A DNA stretch of 64,000 nt from contig CAVSHR010000009.1 of NCBI GenBank assembly GCA_963727625.1, positions 288,001-352,000 of the forward strand, given 5' to 3'. Shown here in pieces: positions 49,100-58,830 of the stretch. Numbering within the stretch: position 1 is the first letter of the stretch; every line of letters begins with the position of its first letter. The notes beneath the pieces were generated by a model. The model ran no database searches and was not told the DNA's origin. It worked only from the letters and a program-made list of their open reading frames with translations. This stretch comes from an uncultured delta proteobacterium. GTDB taxonomy: Bacteria > Desulfobacterota > Binatia > UBA9968. The position numbers were made by a program, and so were the translations under genes.

Positions 49100-50014
49100 G
49101 TGTCGATGAGGTTAATAGTCACGGGAGGGAGCGGTTTCATCGGTGCTCCCCTGTGCGCCGCGCTCTTGGAACAGGGTCATGCGCTCACTTTATTTACCCG
49201 CACCTCGCCGCGCGATCCTAACACCGGCACCAAACGCTGGCTCCATTGGACGCCGGGAACCCTGCGCGACTGGGACGAAGCGTTGGACGGCGCCGATGGT
49301 ATCATCAACCTCGCCGGCGAGCCGATCGCGGCTAAGAGCTGGTCCAACCACCAGCGCCGCCGCATCGAGAGAAGCCGCATCGACGCGACCCGTAGCTTGA
49401 TCCAGGCCTGCGCCAAGGCCAAGGTAAAACCGAAGTTTCTCATCAACGCCTCCGCCGTCGGTTATTATGGCCCGCACGGCGATGAAGTGATCACCGAAGA
49501 AACGCCGCCGGGCAATGATTTTCTCAGCATGGTCTGCCACCAGTGGGAAGAAGAAGCGATGAAGGCCGAAGCACTGGGTCTTCGGGTCGTTCGCTTACGC
49601 ATCGGCATCGTTCTCGGTCCGGGCGGCGGTGCGTTGAAGAAGATGGCCGAGCCCTTCAAGTATTTCGTCGGTGGCGCACTCGGTTCGGGACAGCAATGGA
49701 TGTCGTGGATTCACCTCGAAGATTTGATCCGCTTGATCGCCGTTGTGATCGACAACCCCCAGGCCCACGGCCCGGTCAACGCCACCGCGCCCAATCCGGT
49801 GCGCAATAAGGAATTCAGCCAAGCGCTGGGAAAATTACTGGGCCGCCCGAGTTGGTTGCCGGTACCGGGATTCGCGCTCAAACTCGCCCTGGGCGAGATG
49901 GCGGATATGCTGCTCACCGGGCAGCGGGTCGTTCCCGCCGCCGCTGAAAAACTCGGTTTCCAATTTCGCTATCCCAACCTTCCCGAAGCGCTCGAAGCTT
50001 GCATGCCGCTGTGA
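49100..50014 (+). CDS. TIGR01777 family NAD-dependent epimerase
   Basis: TGGSGFIG, INLAGEPI, ASAVGYYG, GSGQQWMSWIH and NATAPNPV. Confidence 0.93.
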   Translation: MSMRLIVTGGSGFIGAPLCAALLEQGHALTLFTRTSPRDPNTGTKRWLHWTPGTLRDWDEALDGADGIINLAGEPIAAKSWSNHQRRRIERSRIDATRSLIQACAKAKVKPKFLINASAVGYYGPHGDEVITEETPPGNDFLSMVCHQWEEEAMKAEALGLRVVRLRIGIVLGPGGGALKKMAEPFKYFVGGALGSGQQWMSWIHLEDLIRLIAVVIDNPQAHGPVNATAPNPVRNKEFSQALGKLLGRPSWLPVPGFALKLALGEMADMLLTGQRVVPAAAEKLGFQFRYPNLPEALEACMPL

Positions 50015-50060
50015 CGCGGGACTAGCTGGCCCAACTTATTTAGCTGCGGCAATAACGACG

Positions 50061-50885
50061 ATGGACTATAAAGACAAAGTAATCTTGATCACCGGCGCTT
50101 CCAACGGCATCGGCAGGCAACTCGCGGTAGAATTCGCTGAGCGCGGCGCCATTGTCGCCGGCTGCGGCCGATCCATCGCCCGGCTCAAAGAGGCGTTGAA
50201 GGAAGTGCGCCGCGCTAGCCCGACTTCGGTGATGATCGGTTGCGACGTGAGCGAGGCCGAACAGGTCAAGGGCATGGTCGGCAAGGTGCTCGAGGATTAC
50301 GGCAAGATCGATATTTTGATCAACAACGCCGGCGTCGGCATGCGCCGCCCCTTCGTTGAAACGCCCTTAGAAACGATCGAGACGATCACACGGACGAATT
50401 ATTTGGGAGCCGTCTACTGCGCCTATGAAGTGCTGCCGTCGATGATCGCCCGCGGTCGCGGCCATATCGTTAATATATCGTCGGCCGCCGGCAAGATCGG
50501 CACGCTCAACATGGCGGCCTATTGCGGCTCGAAATTCGCGCTCAACGGCTGGTCGGAAAGCCTGTACCACGAGCTCAAGCCGCTCGGCATCGACGTCACG
50601 GTGATCTGCCCCGGACCGGTGCAAACCGATTTCAGCCGTGATTTCCGCGACACCGTTCCAAAAGCGCCGCCGGAGCGCATCGTCTCAGTTGCGACGGTAT
50701 GCCAGGAAGTCATCAAGGCTATCGAAAAAAATAAGTTCGAAGTGGTCATGCCGCGCTGGGTGGCACGAATCGAAGCGTTAAAGCGCCATCTGCCCAATTT
50801 GTTTCTCGCTTTGGCCCACCGCCATTTTCGCGTCTACGTGTCAAAATCGGAAACGCCGCGGCGGGAAGAAACGGATGGGAACTAA
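50061..50885 (+). CDS. Short-chain dehydrogenase/reductase
   Basis: TGASNGIG, NNAG and YCGSK. Confidence 0.93.
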   Translation: MDYKDKVILITGASNGIGRQLAVEFAERGAIVAGCGRSIARLKEALKEVRRASPTSVMIGCDVSEAEQVKGMVGKVLEDYGKIDILINNAGVGMRRPFVETPLETIETITRTNYLGAVYCAYEVLPSMIARGRGHIVNISSAAGKIGTLNMAAYCGSKFALNGWSESLYHELKPLGIDVTVICPGPVQTDFSRDFRDTVPKAPPERIVSVATVCQEVIKAIEKNKFEVVMPRWVARIEALKRHLPNLFLALAHRHFRVYVSKSETPRREETDGN

Positions 50886-50924
50886 TCCGGCTGACAAACG
50901 GTTGGTTGGCTGGAGGAAATTTCC

Positions 50925-51512
50925 ATGATCCGACGTCTGTTCTGTTTACTTGTCTTGGCGACCCTGAGCGCAGCTCCGGCATTAGCCCAGCTCGGCCCGA
51001 CGGGCAGCAGCAAGCTAAGCCCAACCGACCTCGACCGGGTAAAAGTCGGCCAGCCCGCGCCGGATTTCACTTTGGAAGACCTCGAGCGGAAAACGATCAC
51101 GCTGTCGGATTTTCGCGGCAAGAAAAGCGTCGTCATGGTATTCTATCGCGGATACTGGTGACCTTTTTGTGTAGGTCAGCTCGGGAAGCTGAAAAGTTTA
51201 TTGGCCAAACAGCAGAAAGAAAAAGTTCAGATTCTGGCGGTCAGCGTCGACAGCCATGAAGATTCGAAAAAATTCGGCGAGATGCTGCGCAGGCGATTCG
51301 ACGGCGACTTCGACTTTCCGTTACTCGAGGACAAAGACCACAAAGTGATCGACCGCTACGGCATCTTCAACCCCGACGGCCGCGGCTGGCCGCATCCGTC
51401 GACGTTCGTAATCGACCCGAAGGGCGTCGTTCGCTGGAAATTCATCGAGACCGACTACACCAAGCGACCAACCAACCAGCAGATTCACCGGGAGCTGGCG
51501 AAGATAAAATAA
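50925..51512 (+). CDS. Exported AhpC/TSA peroxiredoxin-like selenoprotein (UxxC)
   Basis: The two ORFs are in frame across TGA 51159-61: GQPAPDFTL...VFYRGYW-U-PFC..QL...ILAVSVD...FPLL.D...PSTFVID..GVVRW. Confidence 0.85.
51159..51191 (+). promoter_or_regulatory. Putative bacterial SECIS-like structure
   Basis: Hairpin CAGCT-CGGGA-AGCTG (51177-91) starts 16 nt after the UGA. An alternative stem TGACCT/AGGTCA would sequester the UGA itself. Confidence 0.55.
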
Positions 51513-51569
51513 TTCGGCGGAATTCAGAGAGGCGGCGAGCGAGTGTAGTTGCACGCCGATAGCAGTCGG

Positions 51570-51770
51570 ATTTCTAAGGCCAGCCGACGGAAATTAGTAG
51601 ACGTATCCGCACTGGCTCGCCACGTTCTCTGACAAAACTGCAGCTGGAGGGTGCTGCAAAGATCGCCGGCACAGACTGCGGCCTAGGCGGCCGCCTCTAT
51701 CCGCAAATCGCCTGCGCCAAGCTGCGCACCCTGCGCAACCGCGCGGCGATCGCGAGCAATTGAACGCAAA
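51570..51770 (+). pseudogene. C-terminal remnant of a cobalamin-independent methionine synthase II family gene
   Basis: IAGTDCGLGGRLYPQIA.AKLRTL from 51662 matches the family's DCG tail. Confidence 0.6.
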
Positions 51771-51956
51771 AGTTCCTGTGCAGGATGAGCGGTCGGCGGC
51801 TAGTCGGTGCTCGTTTCCACGTTTTCGGAATTCCGAAAGCGTGGTAGGTTCACCGGTGTCAAGTTGACGCAGCATCGAAAACAATTTTGTCGAGCCCCAG
51901 GCCGAAGGAAGCTTCCGGTCGCTGTAAGCATTTCGCTCGAGCAGCAGGAAGGTTTG

Positions 51957-52892
51957 ATGTCTATGGACACTGTGAGAGTCGCGTATCGCGACGATGACCG
52001 AACTCCGGTCATCTACTGCATCAAGGAAATGGGTGCGAAACATTATGGAATCGACGTTGAGGTATTGAAGATCAAACCTTATGGCGAGTTCGAAGCTTCG
52101 CTGTTCAACGATTCCGCCGATGTGTTGATCGACCACGTGGAATTTCTTTACGCCGAAGCAGCGAAAGGGAAGAAAATTACCTTCTTTTGCGCCCCCCGAA
52201 TCGTCCGCGGTTTGGATCTGATGGTGCCCAAGCATGTCGAAAACGTCAGCGAATTCACTGGAAAGAATATGGCGGTCAGGGATTCGGGCCGGCCTTATAC
52301 GGTTACGCTCTGGCTGAGGATGATGGGGTTGGAGGGCAAGGTGGGGGTTCCCATCTTCAAGGATGCGGACGTGGGCAGGTGGGGGCAGTGGAAGAAAGTC
52401 GTCAGTGGAGAATGCATCGCTTGCTTTATGGATCCGCTGTACCAGGCAGAGCCCTTGAAAGCTGGTTTAAAATTTCTCCCGGTTCCCGAACTTGCGGTGG
52501 TGAGCCATTACGCCCAGGCGTGCAGCGCCGAGTTCGCGCGCAAGAAATCCGCCGTGTTAAGAAATTACGTCAAGGCGGTCATTCATGGGATTTGCTGGAT
52601 GAAGCATCGGAAGCAGGAAGCCATGAAAGTTGTCGCGGGAAAGCCGATGCAGCGGATGAAAATCAGCGATGTGCATGAGCTGGAGAGACATTTTGACGCC
52701 ATAGTCGGGAAGCTGCAGATCAAACCGTACCCGACGCCGCAGGCTTTGGCCGCCACCTACGAGATCGCGTGCGAGGAATATGGCGCCCAGGGCCTAAATC
52801 CGCTGGCTCTCTGGGATATGCATTGGGTCAAGGAGCTTGACGACGAAGGCTTCATCGACACGCTGATCAGAGATATGTCGACAGGCTGTTGA
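51957..52892 (+). CDS. NMT1/SsuA-type substrate-binding-fold protein lacking a signal peptide
   Basis: YGIDVEV, FTGK.MAV, YVKAVI.G, KPYPT and VKELDDEGFID. The stop codon is supplied by the adjacent MITE-like element. Confidence 0.75.
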   Translation: MSMDTVRVAYRDDDRTPVIYCIKEMGAKHYGIDVEVLKIKPYGEFEASLFNDSADVLIDHVEFLYAEAAKGKKITFFCAPRIVRGLDLMVPKHVENVSEFTGKNMAVRDSGRPYTVTLWLRMMGLEGKVGVPIFKDADVGRWGQWKKVVSGECIACFMDPLYQAEPLKAGLKFLPVPELAVVSHYAQACSAEFARKKSAVLRNYVKAVIHGICWMKHRKQEAMKVVAGKPMQRMKISDVHELERHFDAIVGKLQIKPYPTPQALAATYEIACEEYGAQGLNPLALWDMHWVKELDDEGFIDTLIRDMSTGC

Positions 52893-53006
52893 AAAAGGCC
52901 CACCTGCTTCGTTGCGCTTCGATCGCCTCGCTCCAACGTATCATTAAATACGCCTCCGCTCGTCGATTTCTCGCGCGCCTCGCATCCGGACCTTTTTGAA
53001 CAGCCT
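52883..53006. mobile_element. MITE-like 124-bp element
   Basis: Terminal inverted repeats AGGCTGTTGAAAAAGG / CCTTTTTGAACAGCCT (15/16) around a non-coding interior. Confidence 0.7.
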
Positions 53007-53194
53007 CTGGGATCAGGGTTTTTCAAAAGTCTGTCGAACAGTGAACTTTCGAGCTACCGAACGCTTGATGGTCTGCTAAGAGTTCCACTTCGCTCAGCGC
53101 GCCCTACTCTATATTTTAAACCAAGACGTGCCAGCAGCGGCGAAATTTGTCGACCCGGAGATACCGTTCACTGGTTAGCACACACAATCGACGT

Positions 53195-54613
53195 TCAAGG
53201 CTGGGGCAAACCGGTTTCGCCTTCAGCCAAGTCGTTCATCAGCTCGGCCACGGCAGGGAGTTTTTCCAACTGGCGCGCTTTGCCGATGACTTTGTCCTGG
53301 CGTGCCGACGGCAGTCTCCCCCGCGCGCAGGCGCGGAATTTGGCCTCGACTTCAGCCGGCGACATGGGATTGTTGGGATGGCCTTTGGGGAAAATGACCT
53401 CGACTTCTCGGTTTTCGCCGCTTTGCAAAATCAGTTTCACCACGGCCGGGTAGCTGCCGGGCGTGTGCTTGTTCAAACTCGCGTCGGTGCGGACCGTGAC
53501 TCGCGCCATCGCTTCTCTCATTTCGGGCTGCAGCCAGCGCCCGGGGGCAAATTGCGCTTCGGAAATTTCGCCGTCCGAAAGAGCCGCCGCGGCAAGATAA
53601 TAGAAGCTATGATCCGCGCTTTCGCGGCTTTCCGGGTAGCGCCGTTGTTGGTCCGCCGCTTGAGCCCTGACGATCGGGATATCGGCCATGACCACTTCGA
53701 TGCGCTCGACTTCGCGCGCCGGATCGGCGATGCCGGCGCGCCCTTGAAGCACGCCGGCGACCATGGTCTGGGCCGTGCCGATACAGGGATAGGCTTTGAT
53801 CACCGAGGTCATGATTCGATAGCGATCGCCGATCGGTTGCGTGAGAAGATCCAACTCTGCCCCGGCGAGCATGCCGGTGCTCAGCCCGCGCGGGTGTTCG
53901 ATCACCCCCAGCGGACCGGTCATGCCCTCGGCGGCAAACAGCGCACACAGTACCGCTTGGGATGCCACCATGGCGTTGGCGCTCGCTTTGGAATTGGCCA
54001 GCTGCCCGGTGCGCACAACGGCGAGCGTGTTACCGTGGGTGGCTGACAGGGCGGCTGCATGGGCAAGCTGCTCCGCGGTAAGTCCCATCAACCTGCCGGC
54101 GATCAAAGGCGCGGCCAATGCCGATGCGGTGGTGTGATCCCAGGTGGCGCGGGCTGGAATGATGTCCTGCATGCGGCAGTAAATCTCGTAACCGAGCGCT
54201 ACGCTGGCGATCACGCTCAGCCCCGAGGCGCGAAACTTTTCGCCGACGGAAAGCGCCACCGCGATATTGTCGCTCGGATGTCCCATCTGTCCGGGACCGA
54301 TGTAGGCATCGTTCAAGTCCAGTGAGCGAATCAAAATTCCATTGAGCAACACGGCCTGCGGTAGATTAACTCGCCGCGATGAACCGATCACGGTACAGTC
54401 CGGGTTTCCGCCGAGTTGTGCAAGAACGCGCGTCGCGCGTGCAAATGCGGGCTCCTCGGCCGCGGCCAAAGCGCAACCGATGGAGTCAAGGATCAGCGCC
54501 TTGGTATGCTCAACGACCTCCAATGGAATTGCCGCAGCCGGAACGCCGAGCACGTTGCGGGCGATTTGTTGGACGAGGGTAGCTGGGGTAGCCGGTAAAT
54601 CAGTGCTGGCCAC
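53195..54613 (-). CDS. MmgE/PrpD family protein
   Basis: LDSIGCA, LNG...R.LD.ND, GHPSDN, GYE, IKAYP and PKGHP.NPMS. Confidence 0.9.
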   Translation of the reverse strand: MASTDLPATPATLVQQIARNVLGVPAAAIPLEVVEHTKALILDSIGCALAAAEEPAFARATRVLAQLGGNPDCTVIGSSRRVNLPQAVLLNGILIRSLDLNDAYIGPGQMGHPSDNIAVALSVGEKFRASGLSVIASVALGYEIYCRMQDIIPARATWDHTTASALAAPLIAGRLMGLTAEQLAHAAALSATHGNTLAVVRTGQLANSKASANAMVASQAVLCALFAAEGMTGPLGVIEHPRGLSTGMLAGAELDLLTQPIGDRYRIMTSVIKAYPCIGTAQTMVAGVLQGRAGIADPAREVERIEVVMADIPIVRAQAADQQRRYPESRESADHSFYYLAAAALSDGEISEAQFAPGRWLQPEMREAMARVTVRTDASLNKHTPGSYPAVVKLILQSGENREVEVIFPKGHPNNPMSPAEVEAKFRACARGRLPSARQDKVIGKARQLEKLPAVAELMNDLAEGETGLPQP

Positions 54614-54662
54614 AGATCACCGCAAATGGCCTGGTCCAAACTGCGCGCCAGGTTTCATCACC

Positions 54663-55565
54663 CTACCGTTCCATTTGGAATCGCCTATCGGGAGGAGCCC
54701 CAGCCATGTACTCCACAAGGTTCGTGCGCGGGACCGAGACGTCGCTGCAAACCCTGCGAATTTCTATCAACTGCGTGGGCTCGTCCGCGTCCCTCATCGT
54801 CTCGCAGCTCACCTTTGTGCAGGAAGTCTGCTTGAGCCAGGAGCAAACTTTTACCGGCCGGCTGGCTGCATCAACCAGTTCGGTCCTATACCAGGTGCCG
54901 AGTTTGTCCGTGCCGTCCTCCAGATGCACGGCTGGCAACACTGTGTAGAAGGCACCGCCGATCTCCAGCAAGCTCAGCACCTTCTCCACGAATTGGGATA
55001 AATTTTGGGTATATGTGAAGCCGCCGTACACGTCGGTGATGATCTGGAATTTTCCAAGCTCCTCGCGCGAATAGTCCCGCAGGCGCTTGCCGGAGAGATA
55101 CCGTAGGCGGTGATCGCCGAGGCTCGCGGCCCGCTGTTTCCATCTGTCCGTCCGGCGATCCTCTATGGAGATCGCGACCGCGCGCGCCTTGGCCCCGGAC
55201 CCGCCGCACTTTTCAGCCGGCGCCGCATCCTCTTGCGGTGCGTAGTAGTCGAGTACGGCCTGCCCCTCGCCCGCGCCGATATCCAGCCATCGGTCCGACC
55301 TGCCGAGCCTGCCGAGCGCGTCGCAGAACCCGGTGGGAAGAACCTCCGCGTAGCTCGACAGGCCTCGGTTCGCCGTGTAGCTCCCGGCACCCCGCCTGCG
55401 GTAGATTTTTTCCTGCTTGGCGAATTCCTTGTCGATCCGCGGCTGCACGGGCTCCTGTGTCCAGCCAACTCCCAGCCAAAGCGACTGCACGACGATAACC
55501 ATTACAAAGGCCAGGCGCGCTCCCGCAGTATTCCATCCGCTCGCCGACGCTTTAACTAAACGCAT
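54663..55565 (-). CDS. Class I SAM-methyltransferase-like protein with N-terminal signal/TM segment
   Basis: Hydrophobic leader, WLDIGAGEG motif I, FQIITDVYGG and LL..GG.FY, plus several Cys. Confidence 0.7.
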   Translation of the reverse strand: MRLVKASASGWNTAGARLAFVMVIVVQSLWLGVGWTQEPVQPRIDKEFAKQEKIYRRRGAGSYTANRGLSSYAEVLPTGFCDALGRLGRSDRWLDIGAGEGQAVLDYYAPQEDAAPAEKCGGSGAKARAVAISIEDRRTDRWKQRAASLGDHRLRYLSGKRLRDYSREELGKFQIITDVYGGFTYTQNLSQFVEKVLSLLEIGGAFYTVLPAVHLEDGTDKLGTWYRTELVDAASRPVKVCSWLKQTSCTKVSCETMRDADEPTQLIEIRRVCSDVSVPRTNLVEYMAGAPPDRRFQMER

Positions 55566-55799
55566 GACGATTACATTCTCCTCACGTTAATAAAAATTCC
55601 ATTCTTAAAAGCGATTCCAAAGCTGTTGCAGGCATAATCTATGTTGTCGTTTGCCGCAAGGCCGAAGACTGAGGAGGCAGTCAGGCCGCTAACGAAAGTG
55701 ATCTGCGCTTGCTCCTTCAGGGTCGTTCCGGAATGCGCGTGAAGCGGCTGCAGTGCTCAGCTTCCGAGTCCGCGAAACCTGAAAACGATCACGGGCGAG

Positions 55800-56343
55800 A
55801 GAAGATTGGCAGGGAGGCGCCGGATTTTTTTTTGGCTGGTATATGGTCGTGGCGAACACGATCTTCTCCGCGGCCTTTTTCCAGGGCTTCGGGGTTCTCA
55901 TTATTCCGATAGAACGCACCTTCGGCTGGGATCGATGGGTGATTTCAGCCGCTATGTCGTTGCGTCAGTTGCAGTCCGGCATCGTCAGTCCCACTGTCGG
56001 GTTTCTGCTGGACCGCTTCAGCGCGCGAAAATTGATTTTCTGGAGCGCCGTTATCTCGGGTGCCGGCTTCATCGGCCTTGGCTTGACCACCGGCCTACTT
56101 ACTTTTTTTCTTTTCTTCGTCCTCATTTGTCTCGGCGCCTCCGGCGTGAGTCACGCGGTCACCTGGCCCGTGATCATCTCGCGATGGTTTCGCCGTAACC
56201 GCGGCCTGGCCATCGGACTCGCCGTCATGGGTCCTATCTTCGGGACACCGCTGGTCATCCTCAACACTCAGATCGAGCAGGCGCACGGCTGGCGCGTAGT
56301 TTACCTTGGAAGCCGCTTTTCGGGCTCAAAAACGCATCTCTAA
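55800..56343 (+). pseudogene. Truncated MFS transporter (N-terminal half)
   Basis: FFGWYMV, FGWDR, GFLLDRFSAR, WFRRNRGLA.G and GWR. It ends after about 6 TMs, with a T9 run at the 5' end. Confidence 0.75.
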
Positions 56344-56438
56344 GCTCTTCAGCGACGCTTTTGTGCTATCTTCAGTCGTGAAGTCGAGAAGTTGGACTCG
56401 TGACCTGCATGCTAATGGGCGACCCTGCGATTAGGAGT

Positions 56439-56501
56439 ATGAAACTATTGGAGTACAACGCTGGGGTTCCTCCCGGGCGGCGATTCCAATTGAACCAGTA
56501 G
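56439..56501 (+). pseudogene. C-terminal remnant of the exported methyltransferase-like family
   Basis: MKLLEYNAGVPPGRRFQLNQ* matches 59326-59388 and the end of 54663-55565. Confidence 0.7.
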
Positions 56502-56554
56502 GGTGATAAATCTTGGTTTAAATTCGCGAACCGGAAAGATCAATGACGCGCCCG

Positions 56555-56660
56555 GTTGGATGGTTTTCAGACCTCCCAACGTCGAGGCGCATATCAAGTC
56601 CATGCAGAAGCGTCCGAGTTTTAATAAGCTGCTTTCCTACGGAAAGAAGTAAATGACGGG
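56555..56660 (+). pseudogene. Possible glutathione S-transferase C-terminal remnant
   Basis: DLPNVEAHIKSMQKRPSF resembles the GST tail P....W..RM..RPS. Confidence 0.4.
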
Positions 56661-56837
56661 TTTACCGAGTCGGCCAAAGCAACTATTAGACTCTTACCGA
56701 TTCGCGCTGTTGCGGGACGCATAAAGAGCAAGCTCGAAAATTAAAAATTTTACGGCTCAAGACCTCTCAATTCGACAGTCAACAGCGGATTCGTCATGCT
56801 CAGCCAACCCACAGTCGGCAACGGCATGGGAATCGCC

Positions 56838-57662
56838 ATGAAAACCAACCTGCTTTTGCTCGCCATTCTTTATTTACTCGGTACCATTAGTATTGCCGCA
56901 GCAAACCCTTTTGATGACGCAAGCGCTGCGTACGCGCGCGGCGACTATGGTCAAGCGATGAAACTCTTTCGCCAGCTTGCCGCGCAGGGACACCAATGGG
57001 CGCAGAGGAGACTGGGGTTGATCTATGCAGAAGGGAAAGGCGTGCCGCAGGATTACCAGGAGGCTGTAAAGTGGTATCGCCTCGCGGCAGCGCAGGGAAA
57101 TGTCCAGTCGCAATATAGTCTGGGGCTGGCGTATGAGAAAGGGAAAGGCGTGCCGCAGGATTATCAGGAAGCCGTGAAGTGGTATCGCCTCGCGGCGGCG
57201 CAGGAAGACGAATGGGCGCAGACGAGGCTGGGTTCTATTTACGCGGAGGGGCAAGGCGTGCCGCAGGATTATCAGGAGGCCGTGAAGTGGTATCGCATCG
57301 CGGCTTCACAGGGATACGCACCGGCAGAGTCCAGTCTGGGGCTGGCGTATGAGAAAGGGCAAGGCGTGCCGCAGGACTACCAGGAAGCCGTGAAGTGGTA
57401 TCGTCTCGCAGCAGCGCAGGGAAACCAATCTGCGCAAACTAATCTGGGTGTGATGTATACAAATGGCACAGGCGTGCGGCAGGACTTTGTGCGTGCGCAC
57501 ATGTGGTTTACCCTCGCTGCCGCAGCATTGAACGGCGATTCTGGAGATTCGGTGACAAAGAATCGAGATAGAATTGCAGCAAAAATGACAGCCGAGCAGA
57601 TTGCCACCGCACAGGAGATGGCACGGCGCTGTCAAGAGTCTAAGCTTAAGAACTGCGACTGA
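56838..57662 (+). CDS. Secreted Sel1-like repeat protein
   Basis: Signal peptide and about five 36-aa LG..Y..G.GVPQDYQEAVKWYR.AA.QG repeats (108-bp DNA repeats). Confidence 0.95.
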   Translation: MKTNLLLLAILYLLGTISIAAANPFDDASAAYARGDYGQAMKLFRQLAAQGHQWAQRRLGLIYAEGKGVPQDYQEAVKWYRLAAAQGNVQSQYSLGLAYEKGKGVPQDYQEAVKWYRLAAAQEDEWAQTRLGSIYAEGQGVPQDYQEAVKWYRIAASQGYAPAESSLGLAYEKGQGVPQDYQEAVKWYRLAAAQGNQSAQTNLGVMYTNGTGVRQDFVRAHMWFTLAAAALNGDSGDSVTKNRDRIAAKMTAEQIATAQEMARRCQESKLKNCD

Positions 57663-57834
57663 AGTACATGCACTCAAGGGAGGCTGGCAACTTATGGACA
57701 GCCCCTAACCGGGATAAAGTTTGGTACACGACAGGTTGTCAGGCGTTGGTCATTTGCCTATTGACTCGGTGCGGGATTAAAAAACCAAAAAGCTTGAAAG
57801 TCTGGAAGTAAAAGTCCGAACCTTTATTTTCTCT

Positions 57835-58830
57835 ATGAATCGTTCTCGGGAGTCAACGTTGCCAGTAACCCCAGCCGCTATCGGCCAATCAGTTTTTCGC
57901 ATTGCCGTGCTTCTGCTGATTGCGGTGACGGCGCATTCGGTCGGCTGCGCACGCCGGTTTCCGGCGCCGGAAGTCACGCCGATAAAGGCCACAAACCCCG
58001 CCGCGCTCCAGCGCTATCTGCTGTCTAGCAAGCCCGACGCGGCGCAATTCAGGAGGCGCGGGCCCTTTGCAGTCACCGAGCGCAGTGACCTGGAAATCCC
58101 GCTGGATTCGAGTCTCACGGTGGAGGCGGACTTGTACCTGTGCGCGGCGGCCCGCAAGGCACCCCTGGTCATCGTGTTGCACGGTTACGCCAATTCCAAG
58201 CACGACCATGCCTTCCAAGCGATGCACTTGGCCTCCTGGGGCATGCATGGCATGGCCCTCAACTTGCCCAACCGCGGCCCATGGATCACCAACGGCAAGA
58301 CCCTGGCCAAGCTCGTCGACACGATTCGTCGGACGCCGCAGCTCGTCGACGGCCGCATTGACGCGGACAAGATCATCCTCGTGGGCCACTCCTTCGGCGC
58401 GACTGCCGTCGCCGCCGCGTTGGGGGAACGCGCCCCCGCGCTGGGCGGCGTCCTGCTCGATCCCGCCGGGATCAGCCGGCAGTTAACGCAGTTGCTGAAG
58501 CGGATCACCGTTCCGGTAATGGTGATCGGCGCCGACGAGGACATCTGGCCGACTCGCAACCGCGGGCAATTTTACCGGTTCATTCCTGCCATGGTCGGCG
58601 AGATCTCGATACGGGACACGGTCCACGAAGATGCACAGTATCCGAACGAGAACACTCTGCGCGCCTTCGAGGACAGCCCCGATGACACGGAGGAAGCGCA
58701 GATTACGTTCGTCAGCGCGCTGACCGCCTCCGCCTTCGGCCTTGCGGCCACCGGCGGCCTAGACTATGCGTGGAACAGCTTTGAAAACGGTCTTAAGAAA
58801 GGTATTTTCTTCAACGCGCGGAGGAAGTGA
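57835..58830 (+). CDS. Alpha/beta-hydrolase lipoprotein
   Basis: SVGC lipobox, GPF.V, VIVLHGY, LASWG, GHSFG nucleophile elbow and LLDP. Confidence 0.85.
   Translation: MNRSRESTLPVTPAAIGQSVFRIAVLLLIAVTAHSVGCARRFPAPEVTPIKATNPAALQRYLLSSKPDAAQFRRRGPFAVTERSDLEIPLDSSLTVEADLYLCAAARKAPLVIVLHGYANSKHDHAFQAMHLASWGMHGMALNLPNRGPWITNGKTLAKLVDTIRRTPQLVDGRIDADKIILVGHSFGATAVAAALGERAPALGGVLLDPAGISRQLTQLLKRITVPVMVIGADEDIWPTRNRGQFYRFIPAMVGEISIRDTVHEDAQYPNENTLRAFEDSPDDTEEAQITFVSALTASAFGLAATGGLDYAWNSFENGLKKGIFFNARRK

Noticed and set aside
56990-57480. 108-bp near-identical repeats resembling a CRISPR array
   Set aside because: In-frame Sel1 coding repeats with no unique spacers, and no cas genes in the window.
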